Assembly: GCF_001949145.1 (NCBI RefSeq)
Contig: NW_019091359.1
Coordinates: 2,058,540 to 2,122,539 of the forward strand
Source of the DNA: Acanthaster planci
Taxonomy: Eukaryota
Length of the DNA: 64,000 nucleotides
Direction of reading: 5' to 3'
Every line of letters begins with the position of its first letter. Position 1 is the stretch's first letter. The position numbers were made by a program, and so were the translations under genes. The notes below the pieces were generated by a model, which was not told the origin of the DNA, did no database searches, and was given only the letters and a program-made list of their open reading frames with translations. Shown in pieces: positions 30,001-56,715 of this stretch.

Positions 30001-33000
30001 ATGCATCAGGCCGATGAAGAAAGCCGGCCGAGCGTTCATCTGTGGTTACCTTTGTAATGACTGGAGAGACGGATGGATTTCCGCAAAGCGTGCCTGTTTA
30101 ATTTACACTCCAGTATTTGTGGCCTGGCCCCAGTGTGGCCAGTGCCGTGTTTTTCGCTCTCAGGACGGATGATGTTTACCAGTTAATTGAACAAATGAGC
30201 AATCTGACCTGATGTGTTTGGGACCAGCCACACAGAGATCGCTACCCATTCCCCCCTCCCCCAACCCTCACTGTCCCATACACACACAAACCAATTAGAA
30301 TAAATGGGTTGGTCAATCACAGAGCTTTTTGCACCATGAAATGAAGACCTTTCTGTGTCACGCCTCGTTACTTACTCCATCTTTCAGAGATGGCCATTTT
30401 ATGTGGAGTATTTCTCCTCACCAGTGCCCGCGTTAAGTGACCAGTTTTCCCCCTGTAGTGTACACATTTACTTGACGATAAATCAGATTGAATGAAAACA
30501 TGCCTGCATTGAATGCATCATTGTAGGTAATGCTGGAAAGAGAACACGCCTCCTAACTTAGATTTCCCTTAGGATGCGCAGACAACATTCCGACACAAAA
30601 ATCCCCTTTTCCCAGTGATGTGAAAATTGGAGAGGGGAAAGTAAATTGTTGTCAAAAATGTTAACTCTTGGGAAAAAATTGTCTCTTTTGTTCCAAACAA
30701 TTCAACGTGGATGACAGATCTTGATGTCGTATTTCAGGAATTTTTTGAGCATTTCTTTTAAAGTTTAGTTTCTCTTTCGATCTTAACATTGCAGAAAGGT
30801 TCTTTCCCTCTCTTGCTTGAATACTTGAATACTACCCACTAGAGTCTTCATAATGGAATTTGCCCCCCTTTTTAGCGTAAATATTGATTTTCATCATACT
30901 CCAAATATAGTGTTTCAGCGTGCGTGGCAGACATCAGGACTCTATTCCTTGGCCAAACAAACGGATCACTTGTACACCACACCATCAAATGCACACAAGC
31001 CAGGCCTCACCAAAGGATGCCGCAACGTAGCAGTTGACAATACCGCTGTCGGGCAGGGAAAAAGAAAAAAGGAAAGACCGAACTGTGTGTGGCAACGATG
31101 AAGCACCGTATTTGGCCAGCAATTTGCAATTGATAGCCGTGTTTTTACGCCTGAGTCAACACAGTGGAGTGGGGTCCATTGTCAGTTGAGGAGGGAAAAA
31201 AAGATGCAGTGGAAGTTTGTGCAAACTTCAGAATATGGGAACCAGGGTGATGGGGGCCAGATGTGAACGACCTGCCAACAAATTGAAAGTGTTGCTCGAT
31301 GCCGTTTTAATCTTCTTTGGTCTCTGATGCTTTCTAGGCCAGTGTCTTGAGTAGTTGGACTCTCGGGAATTCCTGACTCCAAAATGTGCCGAGAATTTTT
31401 CAGGAAAACTGTAACAAAATTTGTGCTGTTCCCTGCATCACATTTTACAAATGTCCTATAATGTGTGTAAGTGATATTGACACATTCAACCAAACCAAAA
31501 CAGAAGCACATCACTATGACTTGTTCATTTTTATTTACACATAGAAGCTAAAGTCCAAATGGTCTTGCTCATGATCCACATCCACTTTTTGTTGAAAGTT
31601 TGAAAAATATAAGGAAAGCCCATTGTTGTCTCTTGTGTGAAATTAGGGTAAAAAATAATCGCCTCTGTTTCAGCTGTAGTCCAAAATGTGCATGTAGATA
31701 GACTGCCTTGCAAAACTAACAGTCACCCTGATTTTCAGTTTATTTCCAATTTGTGATTTTATTAGTACCCAAGTGTTGTTTGGATGTGAATACTTCCAGT
31801 TGAATACACAAATCCACTGTGTTGATGGGAAGTTAGTTTCTTTATCTATTGGGGTAATTCCTGACAGTCAAATGATAAAAGACTATTGTGTCAATCAGGA
31901 GGGCCTAATATGTACTATTGAGGGTCAGGCCCAGTGTTGGCATATCTCACTTGTCTTTGATTAGTCTCAGTTTTGGCTTAAATTTTCAATAATGGAAATT
32001 ATTTCATTTCATGTTCTACATTTTTGTTTCTCTTTGTTGATACAGGACAGCAGACAACTCGATGACGATAGCAAAACAGACACAACGGGAACCACTGAGA
32101 CGACTTCCCTGCATCACGAAAAAGACAGTGGGGTCGGCCGAGCTACAGATGAGAGTGTGCGCAACGACGAAAGCTCAGGCCAGGAAAACATGCCAGATGA
32201 CTGCAGTAGCACGCACCGGAAGTATGCCCCGCAGCAGGCTAACAGGCTAGGCAACAGGGACCTGCGATACAGCAATGACAGCTTCATCTCCAACGGGGCC
32301 ACGGAGGCAGATTTCCCCACCCATGAGATCTCACTGGAGGATTGCATGAAGTTCCAGGCAGCACTAGAGAGCAAGTGCGACAAGCACATGCGCAGCGACA
32401 CGGACGAGAGCACAAGAGGGAAGGAGTCAAAGGTCATGCGGCTGGGATCAGACTCTATGGAGACCACCAGCCTGAGCGGCGACTCGCTCAGCCGCACCAG
32501 CCGTAATCGGTCGGGTGCCAGTGATCAGGACGAAGCCACACAGCACAGGGACGACAGTAAGAGCAGCATCTGGGTGGCCCAGCAGAACGGACAGAAAAAC
32601 CTTGAACCCAACGGCCAGCCTCGGGTCAGTCCAGAGGAGCCAGAGGATCAAAGGTTTGAGCTAGAGTCCAGGAAATTAGAAATGATCGTTGAAAATGGCC
32701 AGGTGGGGAGTCCTACGCACAGACCCACGGAGCTTGTCCTCGATGGCTTAAGAAACTCGGACAATAGCCTCCATCGGATGAGCCCCAGTGAAAAGGAAAC
32801 CAAGACCATGACTTCAAGCTCGTCAGGCTCCACAAGGCAGCATCGAGCTCCCAGAACAGTCCCTGGAAGTCCAGGTAGGAGTAAATCTTCTTCTGGCTCC
32901 AGGGACAGATCAAAGAGTTCCAGCTCCTCAGGATCAGGCAAAGAAAAATCAAGTCCAGTCAAGACGGCCACCGATAAAGACAGTGGTGCCGGTGCCCCAC

Positions 33001-33785
33001 CATATCCCTCCAAGCCTTACCGCCGACGACCTGCAACCAATCCCCACCTGCGGGCGCAGCAGTTTGTCCAGCGCAATCCTTACTTCTTGCAGCAGGAGGA
33101 AGCAGCGGCACATCTCATCCGGCAAAATTGGAAGCTTCAGCAGCAGAATCGTCAGCTCAAGAAGAGCCTGGAGTCCCTGGGCCCAGCCCAGAAACTGCAG
33201 TCCTGCCCCTCTATCATGTCCATCCCCAGCCACGCCAAGCATTACCGCAGCTACCTGCATCTGGTCAACCAGAATGAGGAGAACACACTAGGTACCAGCC
33301 AGCCCAGCAAGAAGATCATCAACCACAATGAGTGGAAGGTGAAGATCCGAAGCGACGGCACACGGTACATAACCAAAAAGAACACCCGGGGGAAGATCCT
33401 GAAGGATCGGGCCAACAAGATCCAGGAGGAGCGTGGTGGGCTGACGACCGACGATGAGGCCATGAGCGAGATGAAGCTGGGTAGATACTGGAGCAAGGAG
33501 GACCGGAAACGGCACTTGGAGCGGGCCAGAGACCAGCGGCTTCGCCGTGAGTACATGGTGCAGTCTCGCATGGAATGCCTGCAGGAGCAGATGGAAGAAG
33601 AAGGCAGAAAAGAGCTTAACATTGTGGAACTGAGCCAGCGTAAGATGCTGAAGAAAAAGAGCGGGCGGAAAATGATGCTGGACGATTTCACCACCATCCA
33701 GGAAATGCTGGTCCATGGGACGAGAGTCAGTCCCGAAACAGCCAAAGCCTTCTACAACCCTCTGCTGAACGTCACAACAGTATGA
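2831..33785 (+). CDS. PDZRN3/4: PDZ domain-containing RING finger protein 3/4-like (LNX3/4 family E3 ligase), 5'-partial; exons 2831-3084, 3579-3717, 6028-6120, 15149-15211, 17242-17340, 25937-26053, 32046-33785
   Basis: All seven exons have AG/GT boundaries and join in frame (phases 2,0,0,0,0,0). They give the end of one PDZ domain (VNGVDLSKATHEEAVEAFK), a complete second PDZ domain (KLGLTLCYG...[29 protein letters not shown]) and family C-terminal motifs (EKDSGVGR, EWKVKIRSDGTRYITK, TTDDEAMSEMKLGRYWSKEDRK, LLNVTTV*). The RING-coding exons would lie upstream of the window. Confidence 0.93.
3579..3717 (+). CDS. PDZRN3/4: PDZRN3/4-like exon (acidic linker)
   Basis: gacag|A CTG...TAT GAG|gtgaga; phase-compatible with both neighbours; ends YELEYE. 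Confidence 0.85.
5615..5979. mobile_element. MITE-like element with about 75-bp imperfect terminal inverted repeats
   Basis: Left gtgcccagcagaagggcgtaagcgcttgacacccttttgccgggaagcatgatcac matches the reverse complement of right gtgatcatgcttcccggtaaaagggtgtaagtgcgcttacagcctactgccgggcac. Confidence 0.8.
6028..6120 (+). CDS. PDZRN3/4: PDZRN3/4-like exon (start of second PDZ domain)
   Basis: ttctag|GAT...GAG|gtagaa; DVTLRRTSDGAKLGLTLCYGTEEDTGIFIKE (not in the ORF track frame). Confidence 0.9.
13194..13263. repeat. 35-bp tandem duplication (2 copies, 1 mismatch)
   Basis: tccatatagatgaacttttacg(c/t)aaacacacctta x2. Confidence 0.9.
15149..15211 (+). CDS. PDZRN3/4: PDZRN3/4-like exon (second PDZ domain)
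   Basis: ctgcag|GTT...CAG|gtattc; [21 protein letters not shown]. Confidence 0.92.
15507..15649. mobile_element. Degenerate foldback MITE
   Basis: gggcctgtttgattc...agtgatccgatgttggttc is inversely similar to gaaccagcgttgggatcact...gaaacaaacagcctc. Confidence 0.6.
17242..17340 (+). CDS. PDZRN3/4: PDZRN3/4-like exon (end of second PDZ domain)
   Basis: gcacag|ATC...CAG|gtaaga; INGEDVHSNDQALSLFAQQSDSTSLLLCRSQLQ. Confidence 0.9.
25937..26053 (+). CDS. PDZRN3/4: PDZRN3/4-like exon
   Basis: caacag|TTT...CAT|gtaagt; FDECLFDEHNALLEDIQLDMLEQTHQEAMQFTSCLLAEH, resembling the family DMLE..H..AMQFT motif. Confidence 0.88.
32046..33785 (+). CDS. PDZRN3/4: PDZRN3/4-like terminal coding exon
   Basis: atacag|GAC at 32046 inside the 597-aa ORF; Ser-rich middle, conserved C-terminal block, stop TGA 33783-33785. 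Confidence 0.95.
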   Translation, partial: DSRQLDDDSKTDTTGTTETTSLHHEKDSGVGRATDESVRNDESSGQENMPDDCSSTHRKYAPQQANRLGNRDLRYSNDSFISNGATEADFPTHEISLEDCMKFQAALESKCDKHMRSDTDESTRGKESKVMRLGSDSMETTSLSGDSLSRTSRNRSGASDQDEATQHRDDSKSSIWVAQQNGQKNLEPNGQPRVSPEEPEDQRFELESRKLEMIVENGQVGSPTHRPTELVLDGLRNSDNSLHRMSPSEKETKTMTSSSSGSTRQHRAPRTVPGSPGRSKSSSGSRDRSKSSSSSGSGKEKSSPVKTATDKDSGAGAPPYPSKPYRRRPATNPHLRAQQFVQRNPYFLQQEEAAAHLIRQNWKLQQQNRQLKKSLESLGPAQKLQSCPSIMSIPSHAKHYRSYLHLVNQNEENTLGTSQPSKKIINHNEWKVKIRSDGTRYITKKNTRGKILKDRANKIQEERGGLTTDDEAMSEMKLGRYWSKEDRKRHLERARDQRLRREYMVQSRMECLQEQMEEEGRKELNIVELSQRKMLKKKSGRKMMLDDFTTIQEMLVHGTRVSPETAKAFYNPLLNVTTV

Positions 33786-36700
33786 CGGCCCTAAAGACTC
33801 ACTCGGTTGCGTGAAAAAGAAGAACACACACAAACAGCAACGTGTTGATGATTTAAATGATGAGCCAAATGTACAGATATTTATAACTGAAGTGCAAGAG
33901 ATCCGCTCATGTGTTGATGTTTTTTTATAAGCTGGTGAAAGACATTTCAAGCAGCTAATACTCAGTGGAGAGTCATCTTGATACCGTGGTTGTAGATTAA
34001 GTATTATTTGTTGAGTGCATCCATATTCCCTTTATATTCTTGCCAGTTTGTCTGGGGAAAGACTTCAACAAATTCTGACTACACTCATGAGCCCTGAAAA
34101 ATGTATTTCTTTTAAGCAACAAATTCCAAAACACCTAAATATCTACCCCACCCCCCAATCTCAGTTTCATGTCTCAGGTCGGTGGCATTTTCTTTACCCT
34201 TCAAAATGCCCTTTTCTGAAGCATTTTCCAAAGAGGACATTCTTATCCATCTCATCAAATTGATGACAGTAGACAACATCGATGGTTTGCCTTTGAGCTG
34301 TCTACTAGAACTCTTTCTATTAATTTTTTTTTCTTTTGCAATTGAAGTGACAACAAGAGCTTGTGCCTGGGAAACTTTTTGCTTTTGATTTTTTATTTTT
34401 TTTAAATTCTTTCTCAATATTACCATCCAGAGCCTGTCAGCATTTCAGGTTTAAATGGCGAAGGTTCAACGGAAATTGGCAAACTTGTTTTTCAGTGATC
34501 ATGAACAAGAAAGATCCCGGCACAAGCCAATCAGTGTGCAGGCATTTATCAGCCAGGGCCTTAAGAGATGAATGAAAACACCAAATGAGGTTGAAAGGTG
34601 CCAGAAATGTTTTGAACGGAGTCAGGGCAAGTATGTCATCTACCTGTACAAAAGGAAAAGAAAAAAATAATCAGAGTGTGGTTATCGGGGATGATTCAGT
34701 AGAAATCTCCAGCAGGTTCTCTAGATATTGCTTTGATACACTCCTGAACTCTCTCCTATCCAAAGGAGAAGAGTTTAGATCTCGGGCTCTGGCCTCACAA
34801 TCAGTCTCAGAGTTCCAACAGAGCAGGCCGACTGCCCCAATGTGTTTATTCGCCCCATTTTTGGGGGTCAGCCGTTGTTGTCTTTACATGGAGCTATTTG
34901 AGGAATCAGCACGACGATGAGCAGAGAAAGTGATCCATGCTGATGTGGCATGGATGGAAGAGGAAGGAATTGCATGGTTGAAGACATTCGTGGTTGCAAT
35001 TTGTAAATTCTTTTAAAATCAAAATTTTTTCAGTGGTTCTGCTTGGCTGAAAAAAAGTAAAAAGTAATAGTTATTGACACTGTAATCGGCCCAAGGAATT
35101 GTTGAGTTCACCACTTCATCTTTCATAATCATTTCTTTAGAAAACATCGAATTTTCAAAAGTGAAGTTTAAGTATAGAGATTTGTTGCATTGGGCAAAAT
35201 TCATAAAACTCAACAGATTTTTTAAACAAGAACTGTTGCAGGACAGTAAAGAAATTTTTTCAGATCCACTTTTTATAAACTCTTTAAATTCCTCTACAAT
35301 TTACTGATCATTTTCTTGTTTTATCTAAAAGTTGTACTTGTATAAAACTAAGCTGCGCATTACATCAGCTGACTTGTTTGACTTGGATGAAATTTGTAAT
35401 ATTATTTTATGTTTCTCTGTTCACTGACTTTGATGCTAGCTTCTTTATAAGTGCAGCATTACATGTAAATTGTAAATTGTAAGTACACCACATCAGAAAA
35501 TATATTATGAACTTTCTCTGTATTTAAGTGAGGTTTTATCCATAAACCTATCAATAAGTGGAGTTAATATTCTGTATTGGAATTACTTAATAGTATAGTG
35601 ATGCAGCAGGCTTGTGTTTGACAATGCTGGTTTCTTTGGGGTGAAACTTTCAGATAAGTAACTGACGGCTGTTGTAAGGGATCATTTCTTTTGAGGGAAG
35701 GCTGTAAAAAGGGAAGCTTTCATTTGGTCTACATTGCTCCACATGTATGTGACTGGCTAAATTAGAATTTAGCAAATAACCGTTGTTGATGTCAGACTTT
35801 CATGCAGGATAATAATACAAAATACAAGGACTCGGCAGATAAGTTTGTCAAGGTCAGAAGAACAGTAAGATTTGGGAGTAGGTGGTGAAACCGTGATGGG
35901 AACCCCACCTTACATTTTGCCACGTGTCTCACGGTTTAAACAAGGGCCTAAGTTTTGTGGCAGTAAGTAAAAAGAGCGCCCTCTGTAGTTGCCTTTGCTT
36001 TTTTTCCCCTGTGTTTGCTGTTACCTGACCCCAGGTATCTGTGACTCCAGTGCTGCTTGAAGACAGGTTTTCTAGTTAATCATTGAAACAAGCTGCTATC
36101 AGTCTGAAGAATGCTCCATTTTAAGGGAAATGGTTTTTGTTTGATTTTCTTTACTCCACTTATGCCTAAGTTACTGTTGACTACATTTGGACACAAAAGA
36201 CAGGTGGATTGTTTCATTTTAATTTGGTACCAAGTTTTGTCAAGGTCATGAAATGTTGCATGATATCCCTGGAACCTAGGTTTTTTTTTTTAATACCGAA
36301 TTCTTCCCTCAACTTGTGTTTGTGTGAAACATCTTGTGTTAAAGTTTCATCTGTTTCATCCTAAATGTTGTGTAAGCCTCGCTGTTTGTGGTGGTCACCT
36401 TTGCCTATACAAACCTTCATTGTGCCTGTATGATTGCTTAGTGTAATTCTATAAACAAGGGGAAACGTTGATGCCTGCTAGTCCCTCTTCCCTTCCTATC
36501 GGCTCTGAGCAAGAACTCTAGATGGCGCTGCACTGGTGTACACAGACCTGTGCTTGTGTGAGCATTCCTGTGTTCTTTCATGTAAAACAAACATGGAGAA
36601 AAGTCATTTTCCTTGTGCTGTGAACTCTCTTCCTGGGGTTTTGACTGTGCTTTCCTTTAATGTTCCTCTTCATTTTGAAACTGTTTAAGAAGTTGGTTAA

Positions 36701-37564
36701 TGTATGGATTGTACACGTCAAACTTTAATTGAACATACAGAAAGCTGCGCACAGGGAGAAAGTTTTGCACAAGTACTTCTGCTTTTTTTCTTAAAAGTGG
36801 GAATAAACGTGAGTGAAAGGTTTCCTGTGCACTGTGTTCATGAACATCAAGTATATTAGGCCATTCCAAGCTGGCTGTTTTGGTTGCCGGTCAAAGTTCA
36901 CACAATGTTTATGGGGAGTTAACGAATTTCCCAATCCAAACTTTACTTCACCTCAGTAACACAGACCATTTGCCACAGTTTCGTGTGGTTCTTTCATTGG
37001 GCGCACCGGTTACAATGTCCATCATAATCAGAACTTTTATCCTTAGTGAAGTAACAACAGTTTATTTAAACTTATTTCACTTCATGTGTCTCAGTTTCCC
37101 TAGCATCTGAAACGGTCCTATAGACTGATTGCGCCGTCAAGTCACGTGACCTATAGTGGGTATCAAACATCAACAAACCCCAAGTGTTTTAGGTATTGTT
37201 TACCAAAAATGAAGCCAATTTTTTATTCTGTACCCAACACATCAGTAGGCTGTGTATGGTACTGACTGTTGGCTTTATTTTTGATGACTGACAGCTACGA
37301 CACACTTTGCTTTGGGAGGACGCTATGTTTCTTGATGTTTGATACCATAGGTCACAAGACTTAGCGGGTGCCATCGGTCAAGTCACTCCCCTCCCTGACC
37401 AAACCCCGCCACGTAACAAAAGCACCTGTGAGGCGTAAGTGTGCATGTGTATAACGACATACAGAAAAGCGATATGGAAAGCTCTGTATAAAAACTGTGG
37501 TCTCCAGTGTAAACAGTACCAGTAACAATAGGCCTGTATGGTTTGTATTATATAAACTTCACGA

Positions 37565-37570
37565 AATAAA
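37565..37570 (+). terminator. Candidate polyadenylation signal of PDZRN3/4-like gene
   Basis: AATAAA followed by ATTAAA and a GT/T-rich tract; another AATAAA lies at 36802-36807. Confidence 0.35.
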
Positions 37571-37958
37571 CACTACGTATGAAAACAATTAAAAGATTGT
37601 TCTGTCCTTTCACCAGCTTCCTGATTTGAATGTTTTAAAGAATTTATTATTTTTCCTAAAATCAGCGGAAAATTATGTCTTTGTGTTTGTCAATGAGATG
37701 TGAAATCCACTGACTTTGTTCATCGTTGGAGGTAACCCACTACTAACCAACTACTTCAGTGCCAAATTTCAAAATACTGGAATCAAACTGAACAATACAA
37801 ACATGCCAAGGTTGAAAACCAATAACAAATCCAACACATTTTTTCATTTTTCTCCATCTGGACATAAAATATATTTTTCCAACCACATTTCTTTATAATG
37901 GCCACGGGAAACCAAAAGTACTTGTATAAATACTGGAAATAATTCATTTGGAGTTTGC

Positions 37959-37964
37959 TTTATT
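37959..37964 (-). terminator. Candidate polyadenylation signal of HSP90B1
   Basis: TTTATT on + = AATAAA on -, with T/G-rich downstream sequence on -. Confidence 0.4.
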
Positions 37965-38662
37965 CCTTGCAAAGAAACAAACAATGTGATGTCTTAAGTC
38001 ACTAATCAGGAAACAATTCCTTACATCCTTTAAGTGCTGTGCTCTGAGAACTCTAAAATCCATCCATTCAATTTTTTTTTTTTTACAAAACTGACAGCCA
38101 ATCTGAAATATCACACCATATCGTGAGTAATTGCATGAAGATGGTTTTTAAAAGCTTTTTTACCTCCCAGACACATGGAAATGGAGCTAGAATGACAAAT
38201 TTATACAAATTTTGTGCAGCATGTGAAAGGAAAATGGAATTTGGCTGATTCTATGAAGCACTTTCCATAAATTTTATCAAAACTACACGAGCAGAACTTT
38301 GAGAAAGGGTTTTCAGTTTCATAATGGCTCGGTACTGAATCATGTCAAGTAATCCCGTAGCATTAAGGATGACAATTCTATTTATAAACAATAACCAAAC
38401 ATCAACAAAAACTGACAAATTACCACTTTTTCAATAAAAACCTTGCAAATATTTTACCAGAAATGCTCTTGACAGAAAAATTACACATAGTTTTGAAGTT
38501 TACCCTAAAGTCCAGAGTTTTCCGCTTTGCGGAGAATCTGCAAAAATCACGGATTTGGGGGTAAAAAGTGGAAAATGCAATTCTCGTTAACAAAAATAAT
38601 AAATGAAACCAATATTTTTTATCATTTACGCACAATCAAATAAATAGAACCCAAATTAGGAA

Positions 38663-38786
38663 TGACAACTCATTGTCACTGTTGAACTCACTTTGAAAGT
38701 AACATTTGGTAGCATTTCCCCTCCTGACAACTGATTTTCACTGTTGAACTCACTTTGAAAGTAACATTTGGTACCATTTCCCCTCC
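38663..38786. repeat. 62-bp tandem duplication in the putative HSP90B1 3' UTR
   Basis: tgacaact.att.tcactgttgaactcactttgaaagtaacatttggta.catttcccctcc x2. Confidence 0.9.
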
Positions 38787-39279
38787 TGTTTTTCCTTTGC
38801 GATATCGCAGAATTTGGTATTGATTTCCTCTTTCTCCGCACTGCGGAGATCACGCAGGTCCCTGTTCCTACGTAGTGCCCAGACGTCTCACGGCTTATGA
38901 ATAAATCAATAGGGATGGGGACCAGTCCAAGATCACAGTGGCATGGTGCATGTAGGCTCTACATGTATCATTATGCCAAAGCTACCTGTAGATGTACGGT
39001 AAATGTAGGCCTACAGTACACATGTACAGTCACATACAGTTTTTATACACAAAATGAAGAAAGCAGAAGAAAGCAGAATTTGACTTTCAGAAAGCAGAAA
39101 ATTCTGGACTTTAGTTTACCCTTTCTGCACTCATTAACGAAAGAATACAAACTGACAGTTGCAAAAACAAATGGCAAAATTTTGGACAAGTCTGTGATAA
39201 TTTTTCCACCAAGTGCAAGGAAATTGAGGTGACATGGACTTCTGAAGGAAAGAAGGTAAGATTCTTCCCTAAAGGTCCC

Positions 39280-54519
<15,240 letters not shown>

Positions 54520-54656
54520 TTTTACGGTCAAATCAGCAAAACACCTCGCTATTCTTCACGTGTTCTTCGCATGGACTGCACACAGTAGAATGCACGGCAC
54601 TTGCCATGAATTAAAAAATACACTAGTGCTACACAAGGGTCACACGTGGAATTTAG

Positions 54657-54675
54657 CCAATCAGGGCCGACCACG
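54657..54675 (+). promoter_or_regulatory. ER stress response element (ERSE), perfect
   Basis: CCAAT-cagggccga-CCACG = CCAAT-N9-CCACG, 138 bp upstream of the HSP90B1 ATG. Confidence 0.9.
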
Positions 54676-54689
54676 ATAAAAGCAACCAG

Positions 54690-54708
54690 CCAATCATGTT
54701 TTCCCAAC
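54690..54708 (+). promoter_or_regulatory. ERSE variant
   Basis: CCAAT-catgttttc-CCAAC, correct N9 spacing with a variant second half-site. Confidence 0.6.
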
Positions 54709-54729
54709 TCAGCTCGGCCGACGGCTGAG

Positions 54730-54748
54730 CGTGGCTCTGTGTGATTGG
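54730..54748 (-). promoter_or_regulatory. ER stress response element (ERSE), perfect
   Basis: + strand CGTGG-ctctgtgtg-ATTGG = CCAAT-N9-CCACG on the - strand. Confidence 0.9.
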
Positions 54749-56707
54749 TATTTAGTTATTGTGACGTTCAAGAGATGAATATACATGTCATGTAATCACA
54801 GTAGTTTTTCAAGATTACCGAGGAATGACAAGCAAACATAGAAGTTACCCCAAATGTGCCTGAGTAAATGTTATAATGTCAGGCTATTCGGGAAATATTT
54901 GAAAGATTCTTTAAGTTTTTCCGCATCCTTTCAATTTTGGTTGTAGTAATAATATGGTTCACTCCCACTTTTCTTTTTTGATGTTTTGCCGATCTGAATG
55001 AATTTTTGAAACTTAAGAATTTCAATGCAGTTTTGAATGTAACTCTGACATGGGAGAAAACTGGTAGAGAGGCTCGTTTTATGGGTGTCCAATGTTTTGA
55101 AAATATAAGACAAAAGTGCGGCAGAGGCATACACTTGGGCCTAATTCCCGCCCTTCCAAAGGGGTGAAATTGCTCCAATTTAGCCTCACTCTTCAGACAG
55201 GCCATAATAAAAAGTTACCCCTTCCCCGAAAACTCGTTTCTGGATCAACCTTTGCTTATGTCACACTGCACCAAAGAAATGCTTGGAAATAAGTAATGCA
55301 TATGCCAGCTGTCGCTCAGTACTTGGCAGTGATAGCGCCGGGGATATGTATTGGACTCTCAGGGGAAACAGATGTTGTTAACAATTGTGCCCAAAGGTTT
55401 CCCGATTTATGGCATAATGTTTTTACCCAAAAGCAGAGTTGCACTGGCATGAGTTGCACTGACATGGTAATGTCATAAGTTACGAATACTAGCACGTGTA
55501 CAGCGTGTAGTCCACGAGAGCTAAAGGCATGGTTTATGAACAGAAAACCGTGAGTATGGTAAAGATACTGGGCGTATCACACAGATGTAATACATATTTC
55601 TACATAACGTCTGTTCCGTGTACATATACTTATTGGGCGCCTTTGAGTCCAGATGGTTTTTGTTTGTTTTTGTTTTTTGTTTTTTTATTATGGTTGCACT
55701 ACACCAAATACGCGCCCATAGAAAACAGTGCCCAACCGAAATAGCGCCTGTTGACTCTCGTGAGGAGGTTGGCCTCCGTTTATTCACTGGAAATTCAAGA
55801 TTATGGCCAGAAGATCACTTTCGTTTCAATTTCATGGGGGTTAGCCACGGAATTTTTTTTATTCCCCTTTGAACGAAGATACCCCCGCTCATTTCTGAAT
55901 GAAGGCGCCCGCCTCTATCCAAAATAGGTTCGCAGTTTAATTGGGGCGTTTGTGAAAGAAATACCCCGCACTGGAAACTATCAGTCATAAAGTGGGGATT
56001 GATAAAAATATTTCTATGATGCCTCCTGATTATGGCTTGTCTTATTGTAAAAAATACCGTAGGATCACAAAATATTAATGAGCTCGCGCGCAGAAATACG
56101 ATTTGGTGGAATGCACCTTTATGATTCCGGTCCTTGGGGATAGCGTGATGCACAAAACAGTCTTTGGCAATGTAACCTCTTTCAGAATGTTGTATTTTTA
56201 TTTTAGGTATAACTAAATTACACGGATTAAAATCTCTGTTTGTCATAACAGAAATTTTAAATTAGTGAAAACATTTATTTGAATTAATTATTTTAATTAA
56301 ATGTGGTACATTTTAAAGGAAAATTAGTCATAAGAAATCATATGGTGATTCGGTAATTGATTGGCAGGTGAAATCGGTCACCTGCGCTGCGACACGGTGA
56401 AGTGTAAACAAACCAGCTTTGAGGCTGTGTACGCTCTGCTACGGCGAACGTGCAGTTGTTGCACCGTAGAGGAAGGAGGGTTGAACCCGGTACCCGGAAA
56501 CCACTGACATAACTGACTTTTTTACTCCCTAGGAATGATATGCTTGACTTTGTTTAACACACACCAAGCTAGAAGCATGCAACAAAGAAATGCCATATTT
56601 CTGCAGAAATCAGCCTGACGCTTCTTGTCAACCACCATGGCAACAGTTTTAGGTTTGTGACATAATGCCATGTATGTATACGTTGTAAGTTATTCATGTG
56701 GTCAGGG

Positions 56708-56715
56708 TGACGTGG
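56708..56715 (+). promoter_or_regulatory. UPRE consensus octamer (XBP1-type)
   Basis: TGACGTGG exact match; function untested. Confidence 0.35.

Noticed and set aside
31992..32045. ATG at 31992 as the start of a standalone 597-aa gene
   Set aside because: The first 18 codons are a polypyrimidine tract ending in a canonical acceptor at 32045, and upstream exons splice in frame.
32114..33950. Long antisense and alternate-frame ORFs (up to 220 aa) over the PDZRN terminal exon
   Set aside because: Shadows of a GC-rich coding exon with no recognisable protein motifs.
37141..37150. GTCACGTGAC palindrome (CLEAR/E-box)
   Set aside because: Isolated 10-mer in 3' UTR or intergenic sequence, far from any promoter and possibly repeat-derived.
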